Shown: positions 26,500 through 39,275 of the stretch, one piece after another | Layout of the letters: the number at the start of each line of letters is the position of its first letter | How positions within the stretch are numbered: position 1 is the first letter of the stretch | Source of the DNA: Gracilinanus agilis | Taxonomy: Eukaryota | DNA length: 64,000 bases | Direction: 5' to 3' | Assembly (NCBI RefSeq): GCF_016433145.1 | Contig: NC_058132.1 | Coordinates: 111,369,038-111,433,037, forward strand | Notes under the pieces: model-generated | Told to the model about the DNA's origin: nothing | The model's input: the letters and a program-made list of their open reading frames with translations, nothing else | The model's database searches: none | Program-made: the position numbers and the translations under genes

Positions 26500-27481
26500 C
26501 TGTGATGAAGAACATATGGCACACATGCCAAAGATGGCACCAGAGACCTCTCTGTGGGCATGTGTGCTGTCCCTGGCAGAGCTACTCCCTTATCCCTCTC
26601 CTCTCTCCCTCCCCTGTCTGGCCCTTCTCCCCCTTGGGAGAGGAGGCTGAGGCTGAGAGGAAGACTCAGTGCCCAGGCCTTTGAGGAGGAGCAGGCTGGG
26701 CCCACAGCATGCAGCTGCCTAGGGTGGTGGGAAGGAGGGAGACAGCAGCAGAGGCTCCCACTGAATGCCCCACCCCCACCCAACTTCAGAGCTTGTGGAG
26801 ACTCTCCTGCCCCCTCCCTGGGCCTCCTCCTTTGCTTTCAAGATCTGAACCTTCTAATTCTGAGTCCCAGGGAGGGCTCCCCTTCCCCCCCACCCTCCCA
26901 ACCCTGCTGTGCCAAGACTCCCTGCCTTCCAGGGGGCCATTAAGACTTGCCTGCAGCAACCCCCACCCCCTACCCCCCACCCCATTCAGAGAGTTTTAGC
27001 TAGTACCCCATGCTTGCTCCCTGAAGGCAAGGACACTCTGAGACTCCACCCTTCCAAGACTAGCACCTGGCAGCATTGCCCTCACCTAGAAGACTTCAGG
27101 TCAGCCAGGCCAGAATCATGGGTGAGAAAATTCTTGTAAGCCCAGACTTGACCTGAACTCAGATCAGGACTAGCTGCCCCAAAGGATGATTTTGTTTTTA
27201 AGTCTTATTCTAGAACCCTCTTTAAGCTGCCTCACCTACCTCTAATCGAATGGTGGCAGGATTTGCTGGACTAAGAATCACTCCCACCTGTCTTTTGCTA
27301 AAGAGAGCTGCCTAAGGTGGTCAACAACATCCTGAAAAGTGACCCTCCTCCATACAGAATCCATTGTTGGGGAGAAGGGGGGGGCTTCGTGCAGTATGGG
27401 AGGGGCAGGGCACAACACAAAGTTTGGGGGCAGGGCAAAGCGCATGGTCTCTAAAAGGTTCTAAAAGGTTCGCCATCACTG
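26500..27481 (+). mobile_element. hAT-Charlie (OposCharlie-like) non-autonomous element, long form
   Basis: Left end ctgtgatgaagaacatatggcac (degenerate CAGTGATGGCGAACCTATGGCAC); right end aaaaggttcgccatcactg. Confidence 0.85.
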
Positions 27482-27496
27482 GTATATAGTGCATAA

Positions 27497-27926
27497 CAAT
27501 GACGGTGAACCTTTTAGAGACATATGCTGTGCCCGCCCTCCCCCTGACCGAGTGCCGCATGTGCCCCCCCCAACACACACACACAGGGGAGGGAGAAAGT
27601 GTTCCCATTGGGCTGCTGGTAGAGGGGCAGGTGAAGAGAGGATATCCTCAGCAAGTATAGATAAGAGGAGGGGAGTAGTCTGAGCACTCTGCCCCCTCCA
27701 GATCTGCTGCCTGTGAGCTACCCGCCTTATCGCTTATCTCCTGTGCACTCCCCTTGGGCTGTTGGGCAGAGAGGTAGGAGATGGGAAAATGTTGTCAGTC
27801 TCAGTGGAGAGGGGGAGGGGAGCAGCTCCGCTCGAGACCCTCTGTTCTAGTAACAAATTCTTTGGGGGAGAGGAGACCGACCATGTGCCCACAGTTGGCA
27901 CCCTTGCCATAGCTTCATCATCCCTG
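27497..27926 (-). mobile_element. hAT-Charlie (OposCharlie-like) MITE, inverted relative to its neighbour
   Basis: Ends caatgacggtgaacctttt and gccatagcttcatcatccctg; colinear with the 54262-54708 copy. Confidence 0.85.
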
Positions 27927-28299
27927 CTATATACTATCAATAGACTAAAAATTTCTGGATCATCCTAGAAGCTTCAGCACCACTGATAGCAATTTGATGC
28001 AAAATATACAAGCATTCTGAATTTCAAGTTACTGATTCTAAAGCAAGCTTTTAAAACACAACTTATTTGTTGGGGTCATTCACTTGTAAGTGTCATACAC
28101 ATACATACATCTGTGTCTTTGTGCATGCATGTATGTTTTAAATTATGCATTGTGGTAGAACAAGGGTTTGTAAGTTATATCCCATAGAGCAAACCTAGTT
28201 TAAAACCTGTTTTTATACAGCCTTTGAACCAAGAATGGTTTTTACATTGGTCAGATGTAGTTTGCCAACCACTAGTATAGTAAAAAGATCACCGGATTA

Positions 28300-29520
28300 A
28301 GAATCAAGTCTTAGGGGAAACAGCACAATATATAAATAAATATGAAACAGGAAAAGCTTTTCAACTTTAATGGGAGAAAGGAAAAATACACAATTAATTC
28401 TGTAAGTGAGATAAGTGCAAAAGATGGGCCCAAGAAAAGTTCCCTGAGAAATTCATAGAGATACATTACCTTCACATGGAAGGGAGGAAAGAGGGAAGAT
28501 TGAAAGTGGCAGCATCTGGATTAGGACATAAGGGAAGTTAGGGATAGAGGTAGACAAAAATTGATCTGGGATATAGTGTCTACAGAGGCACTGAAAGAAA
28601 ATAGAGTAGGATAAGAAAGGAGTACAAAGAGTAATCCAAATTGCCTGGAATACTGAGTATGTAAAAGTGGATAATATTAAATAAGTCTGGAGAAATGTGG
28701 TGAAGCCAAATTGTAGGTGGCTTTGGACAACATAATCAGGAGTCTATAATTTATTCAGGAGGCAATTGGAAAGAAGGGAAAGCTTTAGTGGTGACATCAT
28801 AGTAAGGAATTAAGAAAATTACTCAGGATAGAGATGTGGAAGAAATATTCAACAGACAATAGCCTAGGAATAGGAAGACTAGCTCAGAGGCTATTGCAAT
28901 AGTTTGGGTGGAAGAATTGAGGGCCCATACTAATAGAGTTGAGTCAAGTCAGAAATGAGAACCTGGGTGTGAAAAATAATCTGAGAAATAAAATGGCAGC
29001 CTGTCAACTAATTAAATGTGTGGGATGAAGGAAAGATGAAAATCAAAAATGATTCCAAATTTCTGAGCTTGAGTGATTGAGAGAATGAATGGTGCCAAAA
29101 ACAGAAATAGAGAAACTGGGCTAAGAAACAGATTTTTGGAAGAAGATCGTGCATTCAGTTTTAAACATTGAATTTGAGAAGACCAAAGGAAATGGAGATA
29201 TAAATTTAAGAGATATGTTGATTTAGCTGTATAAAGGTGAAAACTGAAGGCAAGTGATTTGNNNNNNNNNNNNNNNNNNNNNNNNNNNNNNNNNNNNNNN
29301 NNNNNNNNNNNNNNNNNNNNNNNNNNNNNNNNNNNNNNNNNNNNNNNNNNNNNNNNNNNNNNNNNNNNNNNNNNNNNNNNNNNNNNNNNNNNNNNCAATC
29401 TTGGGGTACTCCTGGTTTTAAGGAACAAGAAGAGCTCAAGGAGCTAAAAAAAGACACAGAATGAGTAATCATAGAGGTAAGACAATTGTGAGAGGATGAT
29501 GTCAAAGAAGTCTAGGGAAG
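28300..29520 (-). mobile_element. L2 LINE fragment (spans gap)
   Basis: Purine-rich reverse-complement L2 ORF2 sequence. Confidence 0.6.
29262..29395. other. Assembly gap (134 N)
   Basis: Run of N. Confidence 1.
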
Positions 29521-29539
29521 AAAGAATATCAAGAAAGAG

Positions 29540-30840
29540 GGTGCGTATATACCAGGATAAACTCCACATCAATAGGTGACCCAGATATAAAAGTTCAAAT
29601 AATTAAGAAACTAGAAGAATAAGGAAGAAAGTTTCTTTTAGACTATAGATAGAAGAGTTCTTAATTATGTAAGATTAACAAGGATTTGTACTAGGGGCAT
29701 AAAGTATGTAAACAGGTTAAAAACAAATTTAATAAATGTCTAATAATAAAAAAAAGGATTTGTACTAACAAATTGAATATAATAAAAGTTAATGAAGTAA
29801 GTTACTGAAAAAAATCTTTATAGCAAGTTTCTCATGTCCAAAGGTTATAAGGAACTGACTTGAATTTATAAGATTAAAAACCAATTTGCTATATTAAAAG
29901 GCAGTTTTCAAAGAAAGAAATCTAATCTATCAACAATATAAAAATGCTCTTAATAATGAAGAATTAGAGAGATTCAAATTAAAGCAACTTTAAATTTATA
30001 CCACATAATAACCTGAATAGTAAAGATAATAACAGAAAAAAATAACAAACGTTAGAGGGACTGTAGGGAAACATATACGGCTGTGAACTGTATCTATCCA
30101 CTTATAAAAATCCATTAACTATGCCCAAAATGGGACTAAAATGTTCATTTCATTTGACCCAGCTATACTACTCCTAGATCTATAACCCAAAGAAATCAAA
30201 CAGAGGAAAAAGATCTTATTTATAGAAACATTATAACATCTCTTTTTCACAAACTTGGAATATAAGGGATGTCTTCTATTTGTCTTAATCCATTGGAGAA
30301 GGAAATGGCAAGTCACACCAGTATCTTTGCCCAAAAAAACCCAATAGACAGTATGGTACTTGGGGTCAGACACAACTGAACAAGTGTTGGGAAATGACTA
30401 AAGAAATTGTGATATATAAAAGTAATAAAATATTTTTGCATCAAAAGAAATGACAAAATGGGTCATTTCAGAAGAAATTAGGAAGACCTCTGTGAACTAA
30501 ATTAGAGAGAAGGGAATAGAAGTAGGAGAACGATTTATATGAAAACAATTTTTTTAAAGAAAAGACCTTTGAAAGACTAGAATTCTGATCAATGAAATGG
30601 TAAGCCACAAACCCAAAAGAATGAAGATGAAATATACAATTCATCTTCTGAATGAGAGGTGATGAACTTAAAATGCAGAAAGAGACATACATTTTTGGAC
30701 ATGGTCAGGGCAGGAATTCATTTTTCTGAACTTTGAAACTATATATTAAAGGCTGTGTTTAATTTTCTTTATCAATGAAAAAGGATAGTAGGAAAGACAT
30801 TAATTTTTAACATGCTAATTTAAAAACAAAAGAAATGCAG
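29540..30840 (+). mobile_element. L1 ORF2 3' part/3' UTR with an RTE-type SINE tail inserted (~30285-30385)
   Basis: A-rich degenerate L1 ORF2; ggagaaggaaatggcaagtcacaccagtatctttgcc RTE tail. Confidence 0.75.
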
Positions 30841-30892
30841 GTGATATGAAAATAAAATTCAATAATAAAATTTACTTTTACAAAAAGAGAAA

Positions 30893-31093
30893 GGCAGCTA
30901 GGTGGCTGAATGGAGAGAGAGCCAGGCCTGGAGACAGAAGGTCCTGGATTCAGATTTGGTCTCAGACACTTCCTGACTGTGTGACCCTGGACAAGTCACT
31001 TAACCTCAATTGCCTAGCCCTTACCTCTCTTCTGCCTTAGAATCAATACTTTGTATCAATTCTAAAGCTGAAGATAAGGGTCTTTAAAAAAAG
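30893..31093 (+). mobile_element. SINE1_Mdo-like SINE
   Basis: ggcagctaggtggctg head; tgtatcaattctaaagctgaagataagggtc-A tail. Confidence 0.85.
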
Positions 31094-31149
31094 ATGAATA
31101 GTTTAAAAAGGCAATTATATTTCTCAATAAGAAGGTAATAGTAAACTTA

Positions 31150-31560
31150 AAGTCAACTCTTTAAGTCAGAATATCCCAGATAGAAGCCAGATTGCCCAAG
31201 GTTGAGAAGTGAGTGAGTAATGAGAAAGTGGAGGCATCGATGGTAGCACTATTCTTTCTAGGAGTTTGGCAGTAAAGGAAAGGAATCTGACAGATGACAG
31301 AGTCCTGTCTTGGCAGTGTCAGGAGAAGGTTTTTATTTTTAGAGTAGGGGCAACCTGAGTATGTTTGTAGGCTAGAGGGAAAAATAAAAGATTGAAGAAG
31401 CATAAAAGGAAAGGAGTTGATTAGTGGAGCAAGATTTTAAAAGAGATGGGATCTAGGGATTTAATTTAGCAAGGATCAGAGACTTACCTCATAAAACAAG
31501 AGAGAAGAAAATAAATGAGGACATAGACAAGTTTAGAGAAGTGGAGGGGGACAATCTTTA
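31150..31560 (-). mobile_element. L2 fragment
   Basis: gttgagaagtgagtgagtaatgagaaagtggaggca...ggagtttggcagtaaagg. Confidence 0.7.
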
Positions 31561-32479
31561 ATGACAGAAAAGTAGGAGACAAGGATCATTTGCTTGTGAA
31601 GTGTATAAATAAAGATTATGATCTATGTTTTATGGCTATGTATCAGAGAGGTTCAAGTGACTATTCCAAAGTCAATTTGCTATTAAGTGGTAAAAACAAG
31701 ACTCAAACTAAGGCCTTTTGACAACAAATCCAATGTTCTTTCTCCCACATCAAAAAACTTTACATGTGTAATCTGCCAGAAAGAATTAACTATTTTTTTC
31801 TGTCTCTATAGCCCAACCTCCCAAATCAAATGAAATGGATTTTTAGAAATGAAATGTACAAAAAAAAAAAAAACAGCAACAAAGAAAGCTAATTCTGGCA
31901 TTTGTAGCAGAAAGCCAATGTGTGCAATGCGGTGGAAAAAGACCCTGCCAAGGGCACTTCAACTTTCCAAGAGGTTATTGAATATAAATAGCAAGTTAAA
32001 AAATTTTTCCCCTAAAATATTCTCCAGTGTACTTTGAAATTTAGAGTAACTTCAAATGTCAGTGTTTAACCAGACTCATGGGATCATGTGAGAACTCCAA
32101 GCAGGGAGAAAGATTAGTATATGGACACACACAAAAAAATCATGAAGATATGAGAGTTTAAAATAGATTTCATTATTTCTTAGGAAATATACCCTGTTTT
32201 AGGAAGTGAAGAAAGTACAAATAGGATATGATACTCAAGGAAAGAGAAATTAATTCTTTTACCAAAGTAAGCAGTTTAAACTGTAGATAAACTGTAGATA
32301 TCACTTTTCCTAAAAGATACTAAGAGAGACTCTTGAATTTTTCAAAGAATAGGAATATGAATGAGTGTTGGGCTGTGGAAAATAGATTAGACTTTGGAGT
32401 CAGTAGACCAGTATTGAAATGAATCTTAGTTCTGATATTTGTTAGCTATGTGATTCTGGTCAAGTTATTTAGCCACACT

Positions 32480-33385
32480 ATTTTGAAGTAGGGTAAGTCA
32501 TCTCAGGAAGAATGGCATTTAAAATTAAATGCTAATTATACAAAGAATTCAAATAAGGAAAAATAGAAAGTAAGAAACCAATAGACATATTAAGAACTTA
32601 CCAGTCAACTTACATTCCAAAAAACACATGTACAGGGAACAGATAAACAAATTATGATATGTGAATGTAATGGGGAATATGATAGAATACTACTGTACTG
32701 TAAGAGGCAAATGGGAAAACTTATAAGATATGGTGAAAAGTAAACAGAACCAGGAAAACAATATTTTACAACAATGTGTATAAAGAGAACAGAACCAGAA
32801 AAATTGATACAATGCTATGACATATATCCAAGCCTGGCCCTCCGAAAGGGATATGAGAATTAGCTTTCCTTCCTTCTTTGTAAAAGGTGGAGGAGTATGG
32901 TGGTGGAACATTGCATATAATGTCAAACTTGCTTGATATGTTGATTTGTTTTTCTGAACTGTTTTCTCCCTCTATATTTACATCTGTTGCTTCCACCTTC
33001 TGTATATAGTCTTTAAATTTTTATTGGTATCTTTCCCAATTTTTCCTTTTCCCAATTTTCTCTCCCTTCTCTCAGATGCTATCTACCTCCAGAGAAAGAA
33101 CTGTTAGAGTAGGAATGAAGATGAAAGCATATGATTTTTCACTTGTTTATTTGGGTTTATGTTTTGGTTTCATAAGATTATTCACTTACACAAATGAACA
33201 ATAAAGAAATATGTTTTGTATTATAATAAATGTATAATCCGGATTGAATCTGCCAACACTGGGATGGGGAAGAGAAGGGAGAGAAGGAGTTGAGTTAGAT
33301 TATGTAACATGAAAATTTATGTGGAAATATATGTGGAAATTAACATGTAATAAGTTAAAAAAATTAATTAAAGAAAAAAAGAATA
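32480..33385 (+). mobile_element. L1 3' fragments
   Basis: L1 3' UTR motifs (acctccagagaaagaactg) and A-rich tail. Confidence 0.7.
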
Positions 33386-33664
33386 AAGAGGTGCTAATCC
33401 TCCCATATTCTGTGTCCCAGTGACATATGGAGATCATAATTTCATCATGGACCCTGTTTTAGGAAGGACTAGAGAATGTCTAAAGGAGGGCAACCAGAAT
33501 GGTAAAGAAAATAGAGCCCATGCCAGGTGAGATCAGTTGAAGGAACTGAAGATGTTTATTATGAAGAAAAGAGCTCTTTATGAGAGAGGAGATTGGCTAG
33601 CTATCTTTAAGCATCTGAAGGACAGCATTGTAGAAAAGGAATTGAACTTATTCCTTACGCTTAC

Positions 33665-34101
33665 TGTAAGAGTTAAAACTAGATATTTAAGGTATGGTGG
33701 CCAGCTATCAGATTAAGTCAATTTCAAATTAAAATAGACCCAAGGCAGGATGACTTTTATGGAAGTTTATTTACAATTAGGAAGGTTGAAGGTAGGGAAA
33801 TTGAGAGAGAGAAACTCTGGCCCAGACCAGAGGTCTGGACCAGGTAAGAATTTAGAGGCCCTAGCAAAGAAGTACAGAGGTTAATTAAACAAGGCTTCTA
33901 GCCACAAGTGGACAAATGGCAGCCTCAACACTATTTTGGACTGCCCAAAGGGCAGTCCCTTGTCTTTGATTTGTTACTTATTGTCACTTGGGGGTAATAG
34001 AACTTCCCCTCCCCACTTAATTCTAAGTTAGGTGGGGTGATATTATTTCTGATGGCTAGAGTCTAAATGATGAATGAGGATGAGCTAATTCCATTTACAC
34101 A
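33665..34101 (-). mobile_element. Solo ERV1-type LTR (437 bp, internally shorter relative of 50175-50814)
   Basis: TG...CA ends; 4-bp TSD ttac/ttat; long blocks shared with the 50175 copy. Confidence 0.85.
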
Positions 34102-34219
34102 TTATTAAACTTTTTAACAATTAAAACTGTGAAAAAAGTAGAATGGACTAGTTTAAGAGGAAATGAGTTTCCCCCTAATAAAGGTCCTAAAGCAAAGGCT
34201 AGATGGCAACTTGTTGGTT

Positions 34220-34578
34220 CTTTTATCTTGCAACAAATAAAAGATGGTCTAGAGGCTCAGCACCAGATTTATAAGCATTTATTAGTAAAGAGAGAGAGAG
34301 TGTGTGATAGATAGAGGTAGAGAGAGTTTTCAGACTTTGTAACCTGAGGTAAGATCAGGTCCCAGATTTTAGCCCTGCTTGATCCCCTCCATGCTATACT
34401 ACCATTTGCCAAGTGCCAGCCCAAGGAGTCAGTCTGTTCAAGAGCAGAAGTAAAGCTCACATTTTAAACCCCACTAGGTTCTCCATTGCACACTGATGCA
34501 CACACTGATGCTGACACCAGGGGATACCAGGGTGAGACTCTGTACTTGGGATCGATGTCCTCTAAATAGTTTACTTCA
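34220..34578 (-). mobile_element. Probable LTR-like insertion within the L3
   Basis: Non-L3 sequence with a minus-strand poly(A) signal (tttatt) interrupts otherwise continuous L3; ends and TSD not resolved. Confidence 0.4.
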
Positions 34579-34824
34579 TGTTGTGAAGCTTCTTTTTTTG
34601 ATATGGGTTGAACTAAATGACCTTCTATCTCTGAAGTTCTGTGTTTCATCTTTGAAATAATAATAATAGTGCTAAAAGAAGAAATAGCTAAGTTTTCCTC
34701 AGAAATTATTTTGCATTTATTTTATATTTATTGATCTGTGTACATGTTGTTTTCCGTTAACAGAGCATAAGCTCTTTGAAGTAGGCATAAGTTTTCATAA
34801 GTTACATAATCTGAGGGCATTATA

Positions 34825-35003
34825 TACCTGAGGGGATAATCACTCCCATCTCATTCTATAGGTAATCTTGGATGTTAGGTTCACAATTTAGCTCATTTAT
34901 TACATAGCAGTGGTCTCATCAAATTCATGCCAAAAGGCAACATCAGCACCAGCTTCTTCTGGGCTGTCTGTAACACCCAGCCTAGATTCTAAGACTCCCA
35001 GAT
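34825..35003 (+). repeat. 179-bp direct repeat, copy 1
   Basis: 10 mismatches versus 36389-36567 by manual alignment (~94%). Confidence 0.95.
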
Positions 35004-35191
35004 TTGTTTTTGTCTTTAGATTCTCAGTGCCCATCAAAGTGCCTAACACTTAGTAGGTAGTCAATAAATATTTGTTAAATTGTTGAACTGAAATTGAGTT
35101 AAATTGTTGAATCGTATCTTCATTTGCCAAAAGCAAGCTCAAACACCCTATTTCAAAGGGTCATTAGAAATAAACCTTAAATTTATATGAA

Positions 35192-36011
35192 TGTAACATG
35201 GTTGATTCTATCCCCTCTCTCCCAGGGCGAGGCTTGTTATATTTTACCCCACATCCCCAACTAATACCCATTGTTTCTAATTTCCCTTTGGGGCCAAGTA
35301 AAACAAGATTGCCCTTGTAAAAAGGAATTCTTTATTCTTTTTTTAATTTAATGGGGGACCTGGAGGTCCTCTTGATGAGTAGGGATTAACCAGCCCACAG
35401 TGACAGGAAGGAGAAACCATAGAAACAGGAAGTGAGGTAGAAGAAGGATATTAAAGGGGGCCAGTGTCAGTTGGTCAGTCTGTCAGTTGCTGACAGTTAG
35501 AACTTGCAATTGTGGGGAAGTTGGCTGCTGGGCGTGAGTTGGTGGTTGGCATTTAGTTGCTGGAATATAAAGGCAGGCCTGAGCTTACTGAGAGGACTTT
35601 TTGACTTTTAGCCTTTATAGAGCTTTTTGGCTCTTGGTTTGGGCTGTTGGGTTTTTTTTTTTCCCTTAAACTTTTTGGAAGGTGACTGGTCTTTGTTGAC
35701 AGACCTAATTGGAGTTAGATTAAATACTGATTGGGTTGGTTTTGATTGGGCTGGATTGGGTTGGAACTTTGTGGGGTGGTTGTTAGTTATAGGCAGTTTT
35801 AGGTAGTAATTATAGGTATTTATAGGTAGATATAAGATAACTAGTATAGACATTAGGAAATTTTCTTCTCTACGTCTTTTCTATATTTTTCTTCTTTACT
35901 ATATTCATTTTACTATATTCTGTTACTATTTTCTATTTTAATTAAACTAAATTGTTAAATTATTAAAAGCTGCTCTCTTATTTTGTCAAAACTCCTAACT
36001 TAACCCTTACA
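35192..36011 (+). mobile_element. Probable solo LTR
   Basis: TGTAAC start, TAACCCTTACA end, internal TATA-like and T-rich segments; no TSD found. Confidence 0.55.
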
Positions 36012-36388
36012 CCCTACAAGTACTTCAAGACAGCTATTATATCTCCCAAGCCTCCTCTTCAATAAACAAAATATTCTGATCATCAACTGATCCTCATATG
36101 ACATGATACCATGTGCTTTCACCATCCTGGTTGCTCTTGTCTGTATCCTTCCTAGTATAACATGAATTCCTTTGCCTCATTCTCTAAGCGTCAAAACTTT
36201 TACATTTATACTCCTTCCTCTCTAGTACCCTGAGGGGGTTATGGAGTCTTTCTTCTCTACCATTCACTTAAGCCCCCTATGACTTCATTTTCAAGGGCCC
36301 TTTGACTAGCACCCCAACATCAAATGAATTTTACAAAGAGCTATTGACTCAAAAGATATATTAACAAGCATATAAACATTTTCCTGAT

Positions 36389-36567
36389 TACCTGAGGGCA
36401 TAATCACTCCCATCTCATTCTATAGGGAATCTTGGATATTAGGTTCACAACTTAGCTCATTTATTACATAGCAGTAGTCTCATCAAATTCATACCAAAAG
36501 GCAACATCAGTGCCAACTTCTTCTGGGCTGTCTGCAACACCCAGCCTAGATTCTAAGACTCCCAGAT
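36389..36567 (+). repeat. 179-bp direct repeat, copy 2
   Basis: See copy 1. Confidence 0.95.
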
Positions 36568-38337
36568 ATTCGTAGTTCTTGCTCCAAAATGATATCAGAG
36601 ACCTCACTCTCTGCACCTAGAACTGAAAAGAAATAACAAGACTGTCAGATACCTAGACCCCTTTTTCAGAGCCATACGACCTAAGAGGGATAGGAATTGT
36701 AGGAAGTCTTTTTGATTCTCCTCTCCTTACCACATCAGAAGCCAAGGAGTTCCTCATCCTCAATTGGGAAAGCATACAATTTATAGTCAGGATGTTTTAA
36801 ATTCAACAATTCTGGTTACCAAGCCAATGAAGAAAGACTACTCCTAATTACATTGTATACCCAAAGCAGCTCCAATATTCCAGCCACTTGGGAATAAGTC
36901 CCCCAAATCCTCACTTGGGCACATGGTTTAATGGTTTACATATGCTTCAAACCTCCATTGCTTAAATATTTGGTATTACATGATCAGTGACTATAGAATG
37001 TTACATCTAGAAGGGCACACAGAGAAAAACAATCCATTCATTTTACAGATGAAGTTACTAAAGCCCAGAGTAAAAAGATTTGTTCAATATTATATATCTA
37101 ATAAATAAGTAGTAGAGCTGGAACTCTAAGTCCAGTACTTTTCTCACAACAAGACCCCTCCACCTGTATTAGAGTATCCAAATAAAACAAAATAAAAGAA
37201 TATTCTAGGCTACAAAAGAGTGGATATACAGTGAGATAGCCTTGGCTCAGACTTTGAAAAAGGGCAGCATTCAAGTTTACCTTTTTACTGCTATGAAAAT
37301 AGATTTACTAGTATAATTAAGATATTTGGAATAATAAGTATTTAAAACCAATTTGGCTCTGAGCATCTTTGAGGTCCCATTAATGTAAGAATAATGTAAA
37401 CATTAATTACAAGTGATTAGTCTCTGAAATATCATCAGTCCTTAGCCAAGTTACAAGACAGACTTCTCTTCTCTTACTCAAGAATTATGGCTGGCCTTTG
37501 GATATATTTCATCTAGCCTCCAGAATTTTATACTAGTCACTGCCAATGAAATTCAGAGAAGAGTTTCTCCTACCTCTACCCTTGCCATTCCTCTTTCAGA
37601 ATCTTTGAAATTTTAAAGTTATGGAATGTGGCTTAAAGCTATTTTACTTTCCTGAGGCTAGTGATAAGACTAGGAATGAAGCCTAAGGGGATCATACTAT
37701 CTGATAAGGTTCTTTGGGAATGAACATTTCTAAATCTTGTGAGTCTGTCTCTTTGTCCTGATGTGACTACATTTTGTCTCTTTTCTCCTTTTCTCTTCTG
37801 TCTATCTATTGCTTCTGTCTTCTAATCTTTTTTCTCCCTACCTCTTTCCCTTATTTTTCTTTCTCCTCCTACTGACTCCTCAGCACTCCCTTCTTTAGTT
37901 GGCCAAAGCTTGGAATTGGAACTTTTAAAAATAAGCTCTGTTTATGCAGGAATGGTGTTGTATTGATCTTTGTATGTCTCCCTTTATGCCTAGCACATTG
38001 TTTTGCATGTGGCTACATGACTGATAAATGCTTATTGACAGAAGTGAATCATTACTCACAGAATCTTAGTTAAAAGGGACCTTTAAAGATTGTCTAGTAT
38101 AGTCCAAATCTCTCATTTAACACAGAATCATATAACTTCTAAGTCAGAAGGGATCTTAACATGGACAAGCATAGATTTGGGGAACATTTCCAGGAGCCCC
38201 CTTTGCTAAGTTAATAGCAGATCCATTAAACAGTCATTCAACCAAGTCTAGATCCATCTAATTACATAGTCATCTAGTTTCCCTTCTCTTCATCTTTTCC
38301 ACAAAAGTAGTTTGAGATATTTTATCAAAGACTTAAA

Positions 38338-38541
38338 AAAAAAAAACCAAACCCTTACCTTCTGTCTTAGAATCAATATTAAGTATTGATTCCAAGGCAG
38401 AAGAATGGTAAGGGCTAGGCAATGGGTGGTAAGGGACTTCTTCAGGTCACACAGCTAGGAGGTGTGTGAAGCCAAATTTGAACCCAGGACTTCTCATCTC
38501 TAGGCCTAGCTTTCTATCTACTGAACCACCTAGCTGTCCCC
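38338..38541 (-). mobile_element. SINE1_Mdo-like SINE
   Basis: acccttaccttctgtcttagaatc signature. Confidence 0.85.
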
Positions 38542-39059
38542 ATCAAAGATTTTTTTTTAATCTAGGCAAATTATATCTACAAAATTTTCCTGATCTACCA
38601 ATTTAATAATCATATAAATAAAGCTGGAGGAGAGGGTAGTTTGTTTTTCCATCTCTCTCCCCTCTATACCTTTATACAGCCTGACCATCTTGCCTAGAAT
38701 GTTGTCTCTCCTCATTTCTGCCTCTTGGTTTCTGTAACTCATTTCAAGATTCAGCTAACATATGTCTTAAATGAAACTTTCCTGATTCTTCTAGTAGTGA
38801 GTGTACTCTCCCACCTCAAACAAAACTATATTGCGTATATTTTGCATCCATTTACATGTGTACATATTATTTTCCTCAGAAGCATGTACAATTGTATAGT
38901 AAACATTTGGGACAACAAAATGCTTAAATTTATTGACTTGTACAATAAAATGTATGCCCTTGTATATTTTAAAAATATTCATATATACATATATAATGCA
39001 TCCTTTTTTATTCAACTATTTTTTATATTATTTGATTTTGAGTTGACAAGATCTTACTA

Positions 39060-39275
39060 ACCTTAAAAAAACAACACCTTACCTTCCATCTTAGAATCAA
39101 TACTGTGTATTGGTTCTAAAGCAGAAGAGGGATAAGGGATAGGCAAACGGGGTTAATTGACTTGCCCAGGGTCACACAGCTAAGACTGAGGTCACATTGT
39201 CTGAGGCCACATTTGAACTTAAAACCTCCCAACTCTAGGACTGGCTCTCATTCTACTGAGCCACCTAGCTACCCC
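39060..39275 (-). mobile_element. SINE1_Mdo-like SINE
   Basis: Same signature; flanking gat(c/t)ttactaacctt duplication. Confidence 0.85.

Larger units (their letters stand above)
33400..34650 (+). mobile_element. L3/CR1 3' end split by LTR insertions
   Basis: CR1 sequence resumes after 34105 and again after ~34580. Confidence 0.7.

Noticed and set aside
26478-27968. GC-rich ORF cluster resembling a gene or CpG island (also 54256-54800)
   Set aside because: Lies within hAT MITEs bounded by TIRs; no transposase motifs.
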